Shown here one piece after another: positions 55,707 through 64,000 of a DNA stretch of 64,000 nt. How positions within the stretch are numbered: the first letter of the stretch is position 1; each line of letters starts with the position of its first letter. The stretch is from the NCBI GenBank assembly GCA_038532305.1, contig JBCBAX010000001.1:264795-328794 (forward strand), read 5' to 3'. The position numbers and the translations under genes are program-made. The notes under the pieces are model-generated. The model searched no databases, was not told where the DNA came from, and worked only from the letters and a program-made list of their open reading frames with translations. Source of the DNA: Pseudomonadota bacterium (GTDB lineage Bacteria > Pseudomonadota > Alphaproteobacteria > Sphingomonadales > Sphingomonadaceae).

Positions 55707-56945
55707 ATGGTTCAAATGTCGCTTCGTGAAAGGTTGGAAATTCTCGCCGATGCTGCGAAATATGATGCTTCGTGCGCGTCTTCGGGTACTGCGAAAAAAA
55801 ACTCGCTGGGCGGGAAGGGTATTGGTTCGACTGAGGGGATGGGAATTTGCCATGCCTATGCACCTGATGGGCGGTGCATTTCGCTTTTGAAAATCCTTTT
55901 GACCAATCACTGCATTTTCGATTGTCACTATTGCATCAACCGCAAAAGCTCGAATGTGCGCCGCGCACGTTTCATTCCTCAGGAAGTCGCAGACCTCACG
56001 CTCAATTTTTATAAGCGCAATTATATAGAGGGGCTGTTTCTCTCCTCCGGCATTATCAAAAGCTCCAATCACACGATGGAGCAGATGGTCGAATGCGCGC
56101 GTATCCTGCGCGAGGAATATGATTTTCGCGGATACATCCACCTCAAAACCATTCCCGAAGCGGATCCTGAGCTGGTCCAACAAGCAGGTCTTTATGCGGA
56201 CAGGGTCTCCATCAATGTCGAATTACCAACGCGCAAAGGACTAACACGGCTTGCGCCTGATAAAGATGAAGATGAAATTGCAGGAGCGATGGGCAAGACC
56301 AAAGCTCGCATCATCGAGGCAAAGGATGAAAGGAAGCGCTTTAAACACGCGCCGCGCTTTGCACCTGCGGGGCAATCGACGCAGATGATTGTGGGCGCAG
56401 ATGACGCCAATGACGCCGATATCGTCGGGCGGGCGAGCGGGCTTTACAAGGGATTTGGGCTGCGCCGGGTGTATTACAGCGCGTTCTCTCCGATCCCTGA
56501 TGCATCTGCCGTTCTGCCTTTGAAGCGGCCGCCTTTGATGCGCGAACACCGATTGTATCAATCCGATTGGCTGATGCGGTTTTATGGCTATGCGCCGGGT
56601 GAAGTCGCGCAGGCGACGGATAAGAATGGCAATCTGCCGCTTGATATTGATCCCAAATTGGCTTGGGCTTTGAAGTTTCGTGAGCAATTCCCAGTCGATG
56701 TGAACCGTGCACCCAAAGAGCAATTGCTGCGCGTGCCGGGGCTGGGAACTGTCGCGGTGGGGCGGATATTGCGTGCACGGCGGCACCGGACTTTGCGATT
56801 GGATGATGTTGCGAAGCTTACGCAATCGATTGCGAAAGTGCGCCCGTTTCTGGTGACGCTCGATTGGCGGCCGACCACGCTGATCGATCGGGCGGATTTG
56901 CGTTCGCTGCTTGCTCCGAAGCAAGAGCAGTTGGAGCTGTTTTGA
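55707..56945 (+). CDS. Radical SAM protein of the putative DNA modification/repair class, with C-terminal HhH
   Basis: CX3CX2C cluster CIFDCHYC (Cys codons 55911, 55923, 55932). N-terminal AAKYDASCASSG and a C-terminal helix-hairpin-helix, EQLLRVPGLGTVAVGRILRAR. Partnered with a DUF4130/UDG gene, as in the conserved pair. Confidence 0.85.
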   Translation: MVQMSLRERLEILADAAKYDASCASSGTAKKNSLGGKGIGSTEGMGICHAYAPDGRCISLLKILLTNHCIFDCHYCINRKSSNVRRARFIPQEVADLTLNFYKRNYIEGLFLSSGIIKSSNHTMEQMVECARILREEYDFRGYIHLKTIPEADPELVQQAGLYADRVSINVELPTRKGLTRLAPDKDEDEIAGAMGKTKARIIEAKDERKRFKHAPRFAPAGQSTQMIVGADDANDADIVGRASGLYKGFGLRRVYYSAFSPIPDASAVLPLKRPPLMREHRLYQSDWLMRFYGYAPGEVAQATDKNGNLPLDIDPKLAWALKFREQFPVDVNRAPKEQLLRVPGLGTVAVGRILRARRHRTLRLDDVAKLTQSIAKVRPFLVTLDWRPTTLIDRADLRSLLAPKQEQLELF

Positions 56946-58393
56946 TGACAGCGATGCAGAACGTAAGCATTGGCGCGCATTATGTTGTCCATATGCCTCA
57001 GCCTGATGACTTTGGCTTTTGGAGAGAGCGGGCGCGGGCGCTGATCCAATGCGATGTGCCGCCTGACAGGGTAAGCTGGGCGGAGCCTGGCGGGATGGGC
57101 GATCTGTTTGCTCTCGAAGGGCCGGCTCGCAGTGATAAGCGTTTGCCTGTGCCGGGCAAAGATGTACCTCCTGTCCGTGTGTCCAAACGATTTATGGGTC
57201 TTGCCAAGAACGCGGCGCTCCATTCCGATCCTGAACGCTTTAGCCTGCTTTACCGGATGCTTTGGCGGCTTCAAACCAATCCGCGGATCATGGAGGATAA
57301 GGCTGATCCGGACGTCCGCCGGATTGAGGAGCTCGACAAATCTGTGCGCCGCGACAGCCATAAAATGCACGCCTTTGTTCGTTTTCGCGAAGTGCGCGAT
57401 GAAAGCGGTGCAGACCATTATGTTGCATGGTTTGAACCCGATCATCATATCGTGCGCGCCAATGCTGGGTTCTTCATGCGCCGCTTTGCCAATATGAACT
57501 GGTCGATCCTTACCCCGCGAGGCTGTTTGCATTGGGACGGCACAACCATGCGTGAAAGCGGGCCAGCGCGGCGAGAGGATGCACCGCAAGGCGATCCGGT
57601 CGAGGAATTGTGGAAGTCGTATTACTCATCAATCTTCAATCCAGCGCGGTTGAAAGTAGGGGCGATGCTGGCTGAGATGCCCAAGAAATACTGGAAAAAC
57701 ATGCCAGAGGCAGAGCTGATCCCCGATCTCATCGCCGGGGCGCAGTCACGCGAAGCCGGAATGGTGGCGGCGGGAGCCAGAGAGGCGAGAGAGCGACCTC
57801 AAACTTTTGATGCGATAGCGAAAGGTATCAGCGCATGCCGTGATTGCTCGATTGCTGATTGCGGTACGCGCGGCGTGATGGGCGTAGGCGCTGAGGCTGC
57901 ACCATTGATGATTTTGGGTGAGCAGCCGGGCGATCGGGAGGATATGCAGGGCAAACCCTTCGTAGGGCCTGCCGGGCAGTTGCTGGATGAATATCTTGCT
58001 CAAACCGGGATTGATCGAAAGGCCGCCTATGTCACCAATGCAGTCAAGCATTTCAAATACGTCCAGCGCGGCAAACGGCGCATTCACCAATCGCCGACAG
58101 CGAAAGAGATAGATACGTGTCGCTGGTGGCTCGAAGCAGAGCGCGGACTTGTAAAGCCACGCGTGGTTCTGGCGCTGGGAGCATCAGCAGCGCGCGGATT
58201 GCTCGGCAAGACGGTGAGTGTTTCAAAAGTGCGCGGTGCGCCGATCCCGCTTGAAGGAGGCGCACAATTGTATGTGACGGTGCATCCCTCCTATCTCCTA
58301 AGGCTTGATGGAGAAGCCCGTGCGGCGCAGACGGAATTGTTCGCGCGTGATCTGGCAGAGGTAAAAGCGCGGTTGGAAGCGCTGCCGGCGTGA
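56945..58393 (+). CDS. DUF4130 :: UdgX-type (family-4-like) uracil-DNA glycosylase fusion
   Basis: The N-terminal ~250 aa look like DUF4130 (..DDFGFWRERARALI..PPDRVSW..). The C-terminal domain has Fe-S cysteines (ACRDCSIADC), motif A GEQPGDRED, YVTNAVKHFKY, the KRRIH loop (58073-58087) and motif B TVHPSYLLR. Its ATG overlaps the radical-SAM stop (TGATGA). Confidence 0.8.
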   Translation: MTAMQNVSIGAHYVVHMPQPDDFGFWRERARALIQCDVPPDRVSWAEPGGMGDLFALEGPARSDKRLPVPGKDVPPVRVSKRFMGLAKNAALHSDPERFSLLYRMLWRLQTNPRIMEDKADPDVRRIEELDKSVRRDSHKMHAFVRFREVRDESGADHYVAWFEPDHHIVRANAGFFMRRFANMNWSILTPRGCLHWDGTTMRESGPARREDAPQGDPVEELWKSYYSSIFNPARLKVGAMLAEMPKKYWKNMPEAELIPDLIAGAQSREAGMVAAGAREARERPQTFDAIAKGISACRDCSIADCGTRGVMGVGAEAAPLMILGEQPGDREDMQGKPFVGPAGQLLDEYLAQTGIDRKAAYVTNAVKHFKYVQRGKRRIHQSPTAKEIDTCRWWLEAERGLVKPRVVLALGASAARGLLGKTVSVSKVRGAPIPLEGGAQLYVTVHPSYLLRLDGEARAAQTELFARDLAEVKARLEALPA

Positions 58394-58394
58394 T

Positions 58395-61300
58395 ATGCCT
58401 GATGCTCCTCTCACCCCTGACAAACGCACGCTGGAGATCGATCCCGACCTGATCGACGCGCCGCCGCGCTCGCCCTTTGTGGAGTTGGGCCTCGTCAGCT
58501 GTTTCAGCTTTCTTCGCGGGGCCTCTGATGCCGTGGACCTTGTGATGACGGCGCGCGCACTTGGCTATGATGCGATCGGGATTGCTGATGCGAACAGCTT
58601 TGCAGGCGTAGTGCGCGTCCACACCGAAGCGGCAACGCTCAAACTGCGTCCGGTGATCGGGACGCGGATCGAAACGGTCGAAGGGTTGGCTTTTCTTGCC
58701 TACCCGCGAGACCGCGTGGCTTATGGGCGTTTGTGCCGCCTTATCAGCGCAGGCCGGATGCAGACGCTGTCGGGCGAATGGCAAGAGAAAGGCGTATGCC
58801 AGATCAGCTTGCCTATGTTGGCAGAGCATTCGGACGGGGTGCAGCTGATCCTGCTACCTCCGGAGGAATTGGAGGTTGAGTTCACGATTGAGGTGGAGAG
58901 TAATGTTATTCCTCTTCGCCCTGCTGAATGCAAGCAGGGAGCCGAAGGCGAGGGTGGGGATGAAGAGGCGGTAGAGTTCACCGGTCAATTTCCCGAAATC
59001 CTCCCCCATCTCATCCGCAAACTCACAACTTTGCGCCATATCGCAGCAAGCTATCTCTATCGCGGAGATGATGTTGCACGGATTGACCGGCTTGATGCGC
59101 TTGCGCGTGCAAACGATCTCACACTGCTTGCCACCAATGACGTGCATTACCACGCACCCGAACGTCGCCCCTTGCAAGATGTGATGACGGCGATTGCCAA
59201 CAAGACGACGGTAGCTGAGGCGGGGCACATGCTGCATGCCAATGCAGAGCGGCACTTGAAATCCCCCGCTGAGATGATCCGCCTGTTCGAAAGCTGGCCG
59301 CATGCGATCAAAGCGGCGCGTGATGTAGCAGATGCCTGCGATTTCAGCCTTGATGAACTGCGTTATGAATACCCTGAAGAAATCTATCCCGATGGCATGT
59401 CTCCGCAAGGATATCTGGAGGCTGAGACATGGAAAGGCGCTGCGCGGCGTTATCCCGAAGGCGTGCCGGATAGTGTTCGCGAGACATTGAAACGAGAGCT
59501 TGCTCTGATCGGCAAGCTTGATCTCGCGCGCTATTTCCTGACCATCAAAGATATCGTCGATTTTGCGCGCAGTGTTGACCCGCCAATCCTGTGTCAGGGC
59601 AGGGGCTCTGCTGCCAATTCAGCCGTTTGTTATTGCCTGGAAATCACCAGCGTCGATCCAGCCAAACACCAATTGCTTTTCGACCGTTTCATCTCAGAGG
59701 AACGCAAAGAACCGCCTGATATTGATGTCGATTTTGAGCATGAGCGGCGCGAGGCGGTGATCCAATACATTTATGAAAAGTATGGCCGGCACAGGGCAGG
59801 GCTGACCGCCACTGTCATCCACTACCGCCCCCGCATGGCGATCCGCGAAGTGGGCAAGGCGATGGGATTGTCCGAAGATGTGACGAGCGCCTTGTCGCGC
59901 ACCGTGTGGGGCGGATGGGGGCGCGAGATCAGCGAGAAGCATGCGAGTGAGACGGGTCTTGATATCACCGATCCGCATCTGAAACGCGTGCTGAAACTTA
60001 CCGAGCAGATGATCGGGATGCCGCGTCACCTCTCGCAACATGTGGGCGGGTTTATCCTAACCGAGGGTGCACTTACTGAGACTGTACCGATTGGCAATGG
60101 TGCGATGCCTGATCGCAGCTTTATCGAATGGGACAAGGATGACATCGAAGCGCTTGGTATTCTAAAGGTCGATGTGCTGGCGCTCGGGATGCTCACCTGC
60201 ATCAAGAAATGCCTTGATCTACTAGAGGTACACCATGATCGCGCGCTGACTTTGGCGAGTGTTCCGCGTGAAGATCCAGAAACCTATGCGATGTTGCGCA
60301 AAGGGGATTCGCTGGGTGTGTTTCAGGTGGAAAGCCGCGCGCAGATGAACATGCTCCCGCGTCTGCGCCCGCGCGAATTTTATGATCTTGTTATTCAGGT
60401 GGCGATTGTTCGGCCCGGGCCGATCCAAGGCGATATGGTTCATCCTTATCTTAAACGCAGGCGAGGGGCAGAGCCTGTGCAAATCCCTGCGCCATCGCCT
60501 CAGCACGGTCCTCCCGATGAGCTTTCGAGCATTCTTGAGCGGACTTTGGGGGTTCCGATTTTCCAAGAGCAGGCGATGAAAATCGCGCTGGATGCCGCGA
60601 AATTCTCCTCTCTCGAAGCGAACCGGCTACGCAAAGCGATGGCAACTTTCCGCAGCCGGGGCATGGTGGATGAGCTGCAGGATATGATGGTGGGACGCAT
60701 GGTGACGCGCGGTTATGATCCTGACTTTGCTGAACGGTGCTTCAATCAGATTAGAGGGTTTGGTGAATACGGTTTTCCTGAAAGTCATGCGGCATCGTTT
60801 GCGCATCTTGTCTATGTATCGAGCTGGCTCAAATGCCATTTTCCAGCAGCCTTTGCCTGCGGTCTGCTGAATTCCCAGCCCATGGGCTTTTACGCACCGG
60901 CGCAGATTGTTCGCGATGCAAAGGAGCATGGGGTCGAAGTACTTCCTGCCGATGTGAATGGGTCAGATTGGGATTGTACGTTGGAGGAGATTGGATCAGT
61001 CAGTGATGAACGAACGGGCCGCCTTGATAAGCACATAGCGCTGCGTCTTGGCCTTCGTCAGGTCGACGGCATGCCTGAACATGTTGCTGCGCAATTGATT
61101 GGGGAGCGCGAAGCAAATGGCCCATATCGCGACGTTGCTGAGTTGCGTGAGCGGGCTAGGCTATCGCCTGCCCATATAGAACGGCTTGCGAGCGCGGATT
61201 GCTTTACCTCGCTTGGCCTTTCGCGCAGGCAGGCGCTTTGGGATGCGCGCAGCTTAATCGCTGGACCTGACCTGCCACTTTTCCGTGCTGCTGAAGAACG

Positions 61301-61961
61301 TGATGAAGGAGCAGAGCGCGCGCCTACGCATTTACCAACCATGCCTTTATCAGAGGAAGTTGTCGCCGATTATCAGACCACTCGATTGAGCCTAAAAGCG
61401 CATCCGATGGCGTTTATGCGAGCAAGCCTTGGCGAACGGGGATTTGTGCGAGCGTGCGATCTTCGAAACCGTAAATACCGCTCTATGGTGAACGTTGCAG
61501 GTGTGGTGCTGATCCGCCAAAGGCCGGGAAGCGCCAAGGGGGTATGCTTTATCACGCTGGAGGATGAAACGGGTGTTGTTAATCTCGTCGTTTGGCCCGA
61601 TCTCAAAGAAAAGCAGCGTAAAGTGGTGATGGGCGCCCGGTTGATGGAAGTGCGGGGCCGCGTTGAATATGATGATGAGGTGATCCATGTGATTGCTCAT
61701 CACATGAGCGATGCGACAGATAAGTTGTACGCTCTGTCTGATGATATGCTGAACGCGCCCATCGCACGGGCGGATCATGTCAATTCGCCAATCAGCAGCC
61801 ACAAAATGCCTGCAAGCCGTGCGACAATTGCAATAGCTGAAGCGCAGGCGGATGATGCGGATAAAGCCGTTCAGGTGCGCGAGATCATCGATCGACTACC
61901 TAATGTGAAAGGGCATCCGCGCAATCATCGTATCTTGCCCAAATCGCGCGATTTTCACTAG
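58395..61961 (+). CDS. dnaE2: Error-prone DNA polymerase DnaE2 (ImuC)
   Basis: 1188-aa Pol III alpha-like ORF with a PHP domain start (FVELGLVSCFSFLRGAS), palm/fingers (DIDVDFEHERRE) and an OB-fold C-terminus. Starts 1 nt after the preceding stop. Confidence 0.95.
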   Translation: MPDAPLTPDKRTLEIDPDLIDAPPRSPFVELGLVSCFSFLRGASDAVDLVMTARALGYDAIGIADANSFAGVVRVHTEAATLKLRPVIGTRIETVEGLAFLAYPRDRVAYGRLCRLISAGRMQTLSGEWQEKGVCQISLPMLAEHSDGVQLILLPPEELEVEFTIEVESNVIPLRPAECKQGAEGEGGDEEAVEFTGQFPEILPHLIRKLTTLRHIAASYLYRGDDVARIDRLDALARANDLTLLATNDVHYHAPERRPLQDVMTAIANKTTVAEAGHMLHANAERHLKSPAEMIRLFESWPHAIKAARDVADACDFSLDELRYEYPEEIYPDGMSPQGYLEAETWKGAARRYPEGVPDSVRETLKRELALIGKLDLARYFLTIKDIVDFARSVDPPILCQGRGSAANSAVCYCLEITSVDPAKHQLLFDRFISEERKEPPDIDVDFEHERREAVIQYIYEKYGRHRAGLTATVIHYRPRMAIREVGKAMGLSEDVTSALSRTVWGGWGREISEKHASETGLDITDPHLKRVLKLTEQMIGMPRHLSQHVGGFILTEGALTETVPIGNGAMPDRSFIEWDKDDIEALGILKVDVLALGMLTCIKKCLDLLEVHHDRALTLASVPREDPETYAMLRKGDSLGVFQVESRAQMNMLPRLRPREFYDLVIQVAIVRPGPIQGDMVHPYLKRRRGAEPVQIPAPSPQHGPPDELSSILERTLGVPIFQEQAMKIALDAAKFSSLEANRLRKAMATFRSRGMVDELQDMMVGRMVTRGYDPDFAERCFNQIRGFGEYGFPESHAASFAHLVYVSSWLKCHFPAAFACGLLNSQPMGFYAPAQIVRDAKEHGVEVLPADVNGSDWDCTLEEIGSVSDERTGRLDKHIALRLGLRQVDGMPEHVAAQLIGEREANGPYRDVAELRERARLSPAHIERLASADCFTSLGLSRRQALWDARSLIAGPDLPLFRAAEERDEGAERAPTHLPTMPLSEEVVADYQTTRLSLKAHPMAFMRASLGERGFVRACDLRNRKYRSMVNVAGVVLIRQRPGSAKGVCFITLEDETGVVNLVVWPDLKEKQRKVVMGARLMEVRGRVEYDDEVIHVIAHHMSDATDKLYALSDDMLNAPIARADHVNSPISSHKMPASRATIAIAEAQADDADKAVQVREIIDRLPNVKGHPRNHRILPKSRDFH

Positions 61962-61969
61962 GGGGCAAT

Positions 61970-62713
61970 ATGGCCAAATCACGACGGAAGCGCACCGGGA
62001 AGGCTGGCAAAGGAGGCTTTCGGATCGAGCGCCTTTTCTGGCTCACCGCAATCGCTGCCATCATTGGGTTTGCTGGATGGAGCTGGCTTAACTCAAACCC
62101 ACAGCACAATCCATGGGCGCCGCTCGATATCAATGATCCGATTGGCATGGCGACCGCCAGAAAACTGGCCGCGATGCGCGATGACACATCGCAATGCAGG
62201 ACGGTTTTGGAGCGCAGTGGAATTGTCTACAGGGCCTTAGAACCGGTGGGTGAAGGGGCTTGTGCGCGGCCCGATAGAACACAGCTTACCCAAATTCCGC
62301 TCGCTCCCAATACGCCTGCGGTCACATGCCCCGTTGCCGCCGCATTGGAGATGTGGCGGCGCAAGAGCGTGGAACCTGCCGCGCGCGAAATTCTTGGCAG
62401 TGATATTGTTCGAATAGAGCATATGGGCGCGTACAATTGCCGCAGAATGAGGGGAGCTGGATCGGGCAGTGGATGGAGCCAGCATGCCACCGCCAATGCG
62501 ATTGATATATCTGCGTTCGTTCTGGCCAATGGCAGGCGTATCACCTTGCTTGAAGGATGGAATGGAGCTGAGGATGAGGCCCGCTTCCTGCGCAGTATTC
62601 GCGATGATGCCTGCGGGGTGTACGCCACCGTTCTATCGCCGGATTACAACGCGGCGCATGCAGACCACTTCCACCTTGATCAAGACGTGCGATGGGTGGG
62701 TGTGTGCCGGTAA
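61970..62713 (+). CDS. Extensin-like C-terminal domain protein (LAS/M15-like zinc peptidase signature)
   Basis: N-terminal TM (LFWLTAIAAIIGFAGWSWL), H-x6-D (HATANAID) and H-x-H (HADHFH) motifs. GGGGG RBS, 8 nt after the dnaE2 stop. Confidence 0.7.
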   Translation: MAKSRRKRTGKAGKGGFRIERLFWLTAIAAIIGFAGWSWLNSNPQHNPWAPLDINDPIGMATARKLAAMRDDTSQCRTVLERSGIVYRALEPVGEGACARPDRTQLTQIPLAPNTPAVTCPVAAALEMWRRKSVEPAAREILGSDIVRIEHMGAYNCRRMRGAGSGSGWSQHATANAIDISAFVLANGRRITLLEGWNGAEDEARFLRSIRDDACGVYATVLSPDYNAAHADHFHLDQDVRWVGVCR

Positions 62714-62717
62714 GGAG

Positions 62718-63407
62718 CTAGATTGCTTCTAGAGCGTAGCCCGCAGATCGCACCGTACGGATCGGATCTTTTGCGCCATCAACCGTGATTGCTTTGCGCA
62801 ATCGCCGGATGTGCACATCAACAGTGCGAAGTTCGATATCGCTCCCGGTGCCCCATACGCCATCAAGCAGTTGGCCTCTGCTGAAAACTCTGCCTGGGCT
62901 TTCCATGAAGAATTTAAGCAGACGATACTCAGTGGGGCCTAATTGAAGTGAGCGCCCACGTCGTTGAACTTTGTGTGCAACCGGATCAAGTTTCAGATCG
63001 CCAACCTCGATGGTTTCCCCGGCAAGAGCAGGACGAATGCGGCGCATTACGGCTGCGACACGAGCCAACAATTCGCGCGGGCTAAACGGTTTTGTAAGGT
63101 AATCGTCAGCGCCTGTTTCCAGTCCGCGAACACGATCATCTTCTGCCTCCCGTGCGGTTAGCATGATGATTGGAACATGCGCTGTTTCTTTATCGCGACG
63201 CAGCCGGCGGCACACTTCGATGCCGCTTGTGCCTTCGATCATCCAATCCAGAATGATAAGGTCCGGCACATCTTCGCTGGCAAGGACCATGGCTTCATCA
63301 CCATCGCTGGTGCAGCGAACATTGTACCCTTCATTCTGGAAACGGTATTCGAGCAGCTCAGAAAGGGCTGGATCGTCTTCAACAAGAAGCAGTTTTGCAG
63401 CAGACAT
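62718..63407 (-). CDS. phoB: Phosphate regulon response regulator PhoB
   Basis: Receiver domain (LLVEDDPALSELL, ILDWMIEGTSG, ML(T)AR) plus an OmpR/PhoB winged helix (VDVHIRRLRKAI..IRTVRSAGYAL). Lies adjacent to phoU. Confidence 0.9.
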   Translation of the reverse strand: MSAAKLLLVEDDPALSELLEYRFQNEGYNVRCTSDGDEAMVLASEDVPDLIILDWMIEGTSGIEVCRRLRRDKETAHVPIIMLTAREAEDDRVRGLETGADDYLTKPFSPRELLARVAAVMRRIRPALAGETIEVGDLKLDPVAHKVQRRGRSLQLGPTEYRLLKFFMESPGRVFSRGQLLDGVWGTGSDIELRTVDVHIRRLRKAITVDGAKDPIRTVRSAGYALEAI

Positions 63408-63536
63408 TGGCGTTTTGCCTCCTATCCCAAATCAGCAGGGCAACGATCACGCTCTGTTTCAATCTGACTACACTTTGATGAAATCAAGACTGACAATTTA
63501 TCCACAAGCTCCCAATCCGAGCTACGCTTATTGGGG

Positions 63537-64000
63537 TCAACGATCTTCCTCGGGTGGGTATGACCCGGTTGCGGCAAAGTGCACCATCTCTGCGACATTG
63601 GTCGCATGATCGCCAATCCGTTCAAGGTTGCGGGCCACAAACAGCAGCTGAGCAGCGCTTGAAATTGTTGCGGGGTTTTCGACCATATGGCTGACCAAAT
63701 TGCGAAAAATGCTGTTGTAGAATGCATCAACCTTTGCATCAGTCGCTATTACTTCACGCGCTAGGCTCGCATCGCGGGCGGCATAGGCTGTCAGCACATC
63801 GTGCACCATTTCGCTCGCGATCTCGCCCATTGCAGGCAGGAGAGTGAGCGGTTCAAAGCGGTCACGCCCCTCGATCATTCCAACGCGTTTTGCGATGTTC
63901 TTTGAATAATCGCCGATCCGTTCGACAACTCCCGCAATCTTTAGTGCCGCAATCACTTCACGCAAATCATCAGCCAATGGCGCGCGCAATGCGATAATTC
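63537..64000 (-). CDS. phoU: Phosphate signalling regulator PhoU (N-terminus outside window)
   Basis: Two PhoU repeats (..ERIGDYSKNIAKR.. and ..ERIGDHATNVAEMV..). The reading frame stays open to the window end. Confidence 0.85.
   Translation of the reverse strand, partial: IIALRAPLADDLREVIAALKIAGVVERIGDYSKNIAKRVGMIEGRDRFEPLTLLPAMGEIASEMVHDVLTAYAARDASLAREVIATDAKVDAFYNSIFRNLVSHMVENPATISSAAQLLFVARNLERIGDHATNVAEMVHFAATGSYPPEEDR

Noticed and set aside
63407-63537. Possible Pho box in the phoU-phoB spacer (minus-strand ttgtcagtcttgatttcatcaaagtgtag).
   Set aside because: There is only one reasonable TGTCA-like half-site and the 11-nt periodicity is poor. I cannot support it without a matrix scan.

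Overview
This 64-kb window looks like alphaproteobacterial chromosome, with Sphingomonadales/Erythrobacteraceae-like gene content (inference only; no search was run). Most of it is housekeeping. The features in order are:
- secA (5'-truncated), a small tRNA-Asn-associated foreign patch, nadK, an EAL phosphodiesterase, mfd, sdhE and recG.
- A branched-chain 2-oxoacid dehydrogenase operon (E1 alpha, E1 beta, E2) and thyA.
- The conserved DUF4164-zapA-[6S RNA]-5-formyl-THF cyclo-ligase block.
- A tkt-gap-pgk-fba-thiE cluster, then efp, suhB, and aceA with its divergent XRE/ScfR-type regulator.
- A PEP-CTERM-type regulatory module: EpsB-like sugar transferase, PrsK, PrsR and a TPR lipoprotein.
- panB, then a DNA-damage locus, then phoB and phoU (3'-truncated).
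- Three tRNAs: Asn-GTT, Asp-GTC and Leu-CAA.

The most interesting region is 51.9-62.7 kb. Two near-identical GAAC-N7-GAAC LexA-type boxes front (i) imuA-imuB and (ii) a tightly packed operon. That operon holds a radical-SAM/HhH protein, a DUF4130::UdgX-type glycosylase fusion (KRRIH loop present), dnaE2 and an extensin-like LAS peptidase. dnaE2 is therefore physically coupled to an uncharacterised uracil/AP-site module rather than to imuAB.

Other points:
- An AT-rich remnant element lies at tRNA-Asn, flanked by a 49-nt direct repeat.
- Two frame breaks would each be repaired by adding one base to a 6-nt homopolymer. They may be assembly artefacts.
- There is a REP/MITE-like inverted repeat between sdhE and recG.
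- No CRISPR array, rRNA or intact transposase/integrase was seen.
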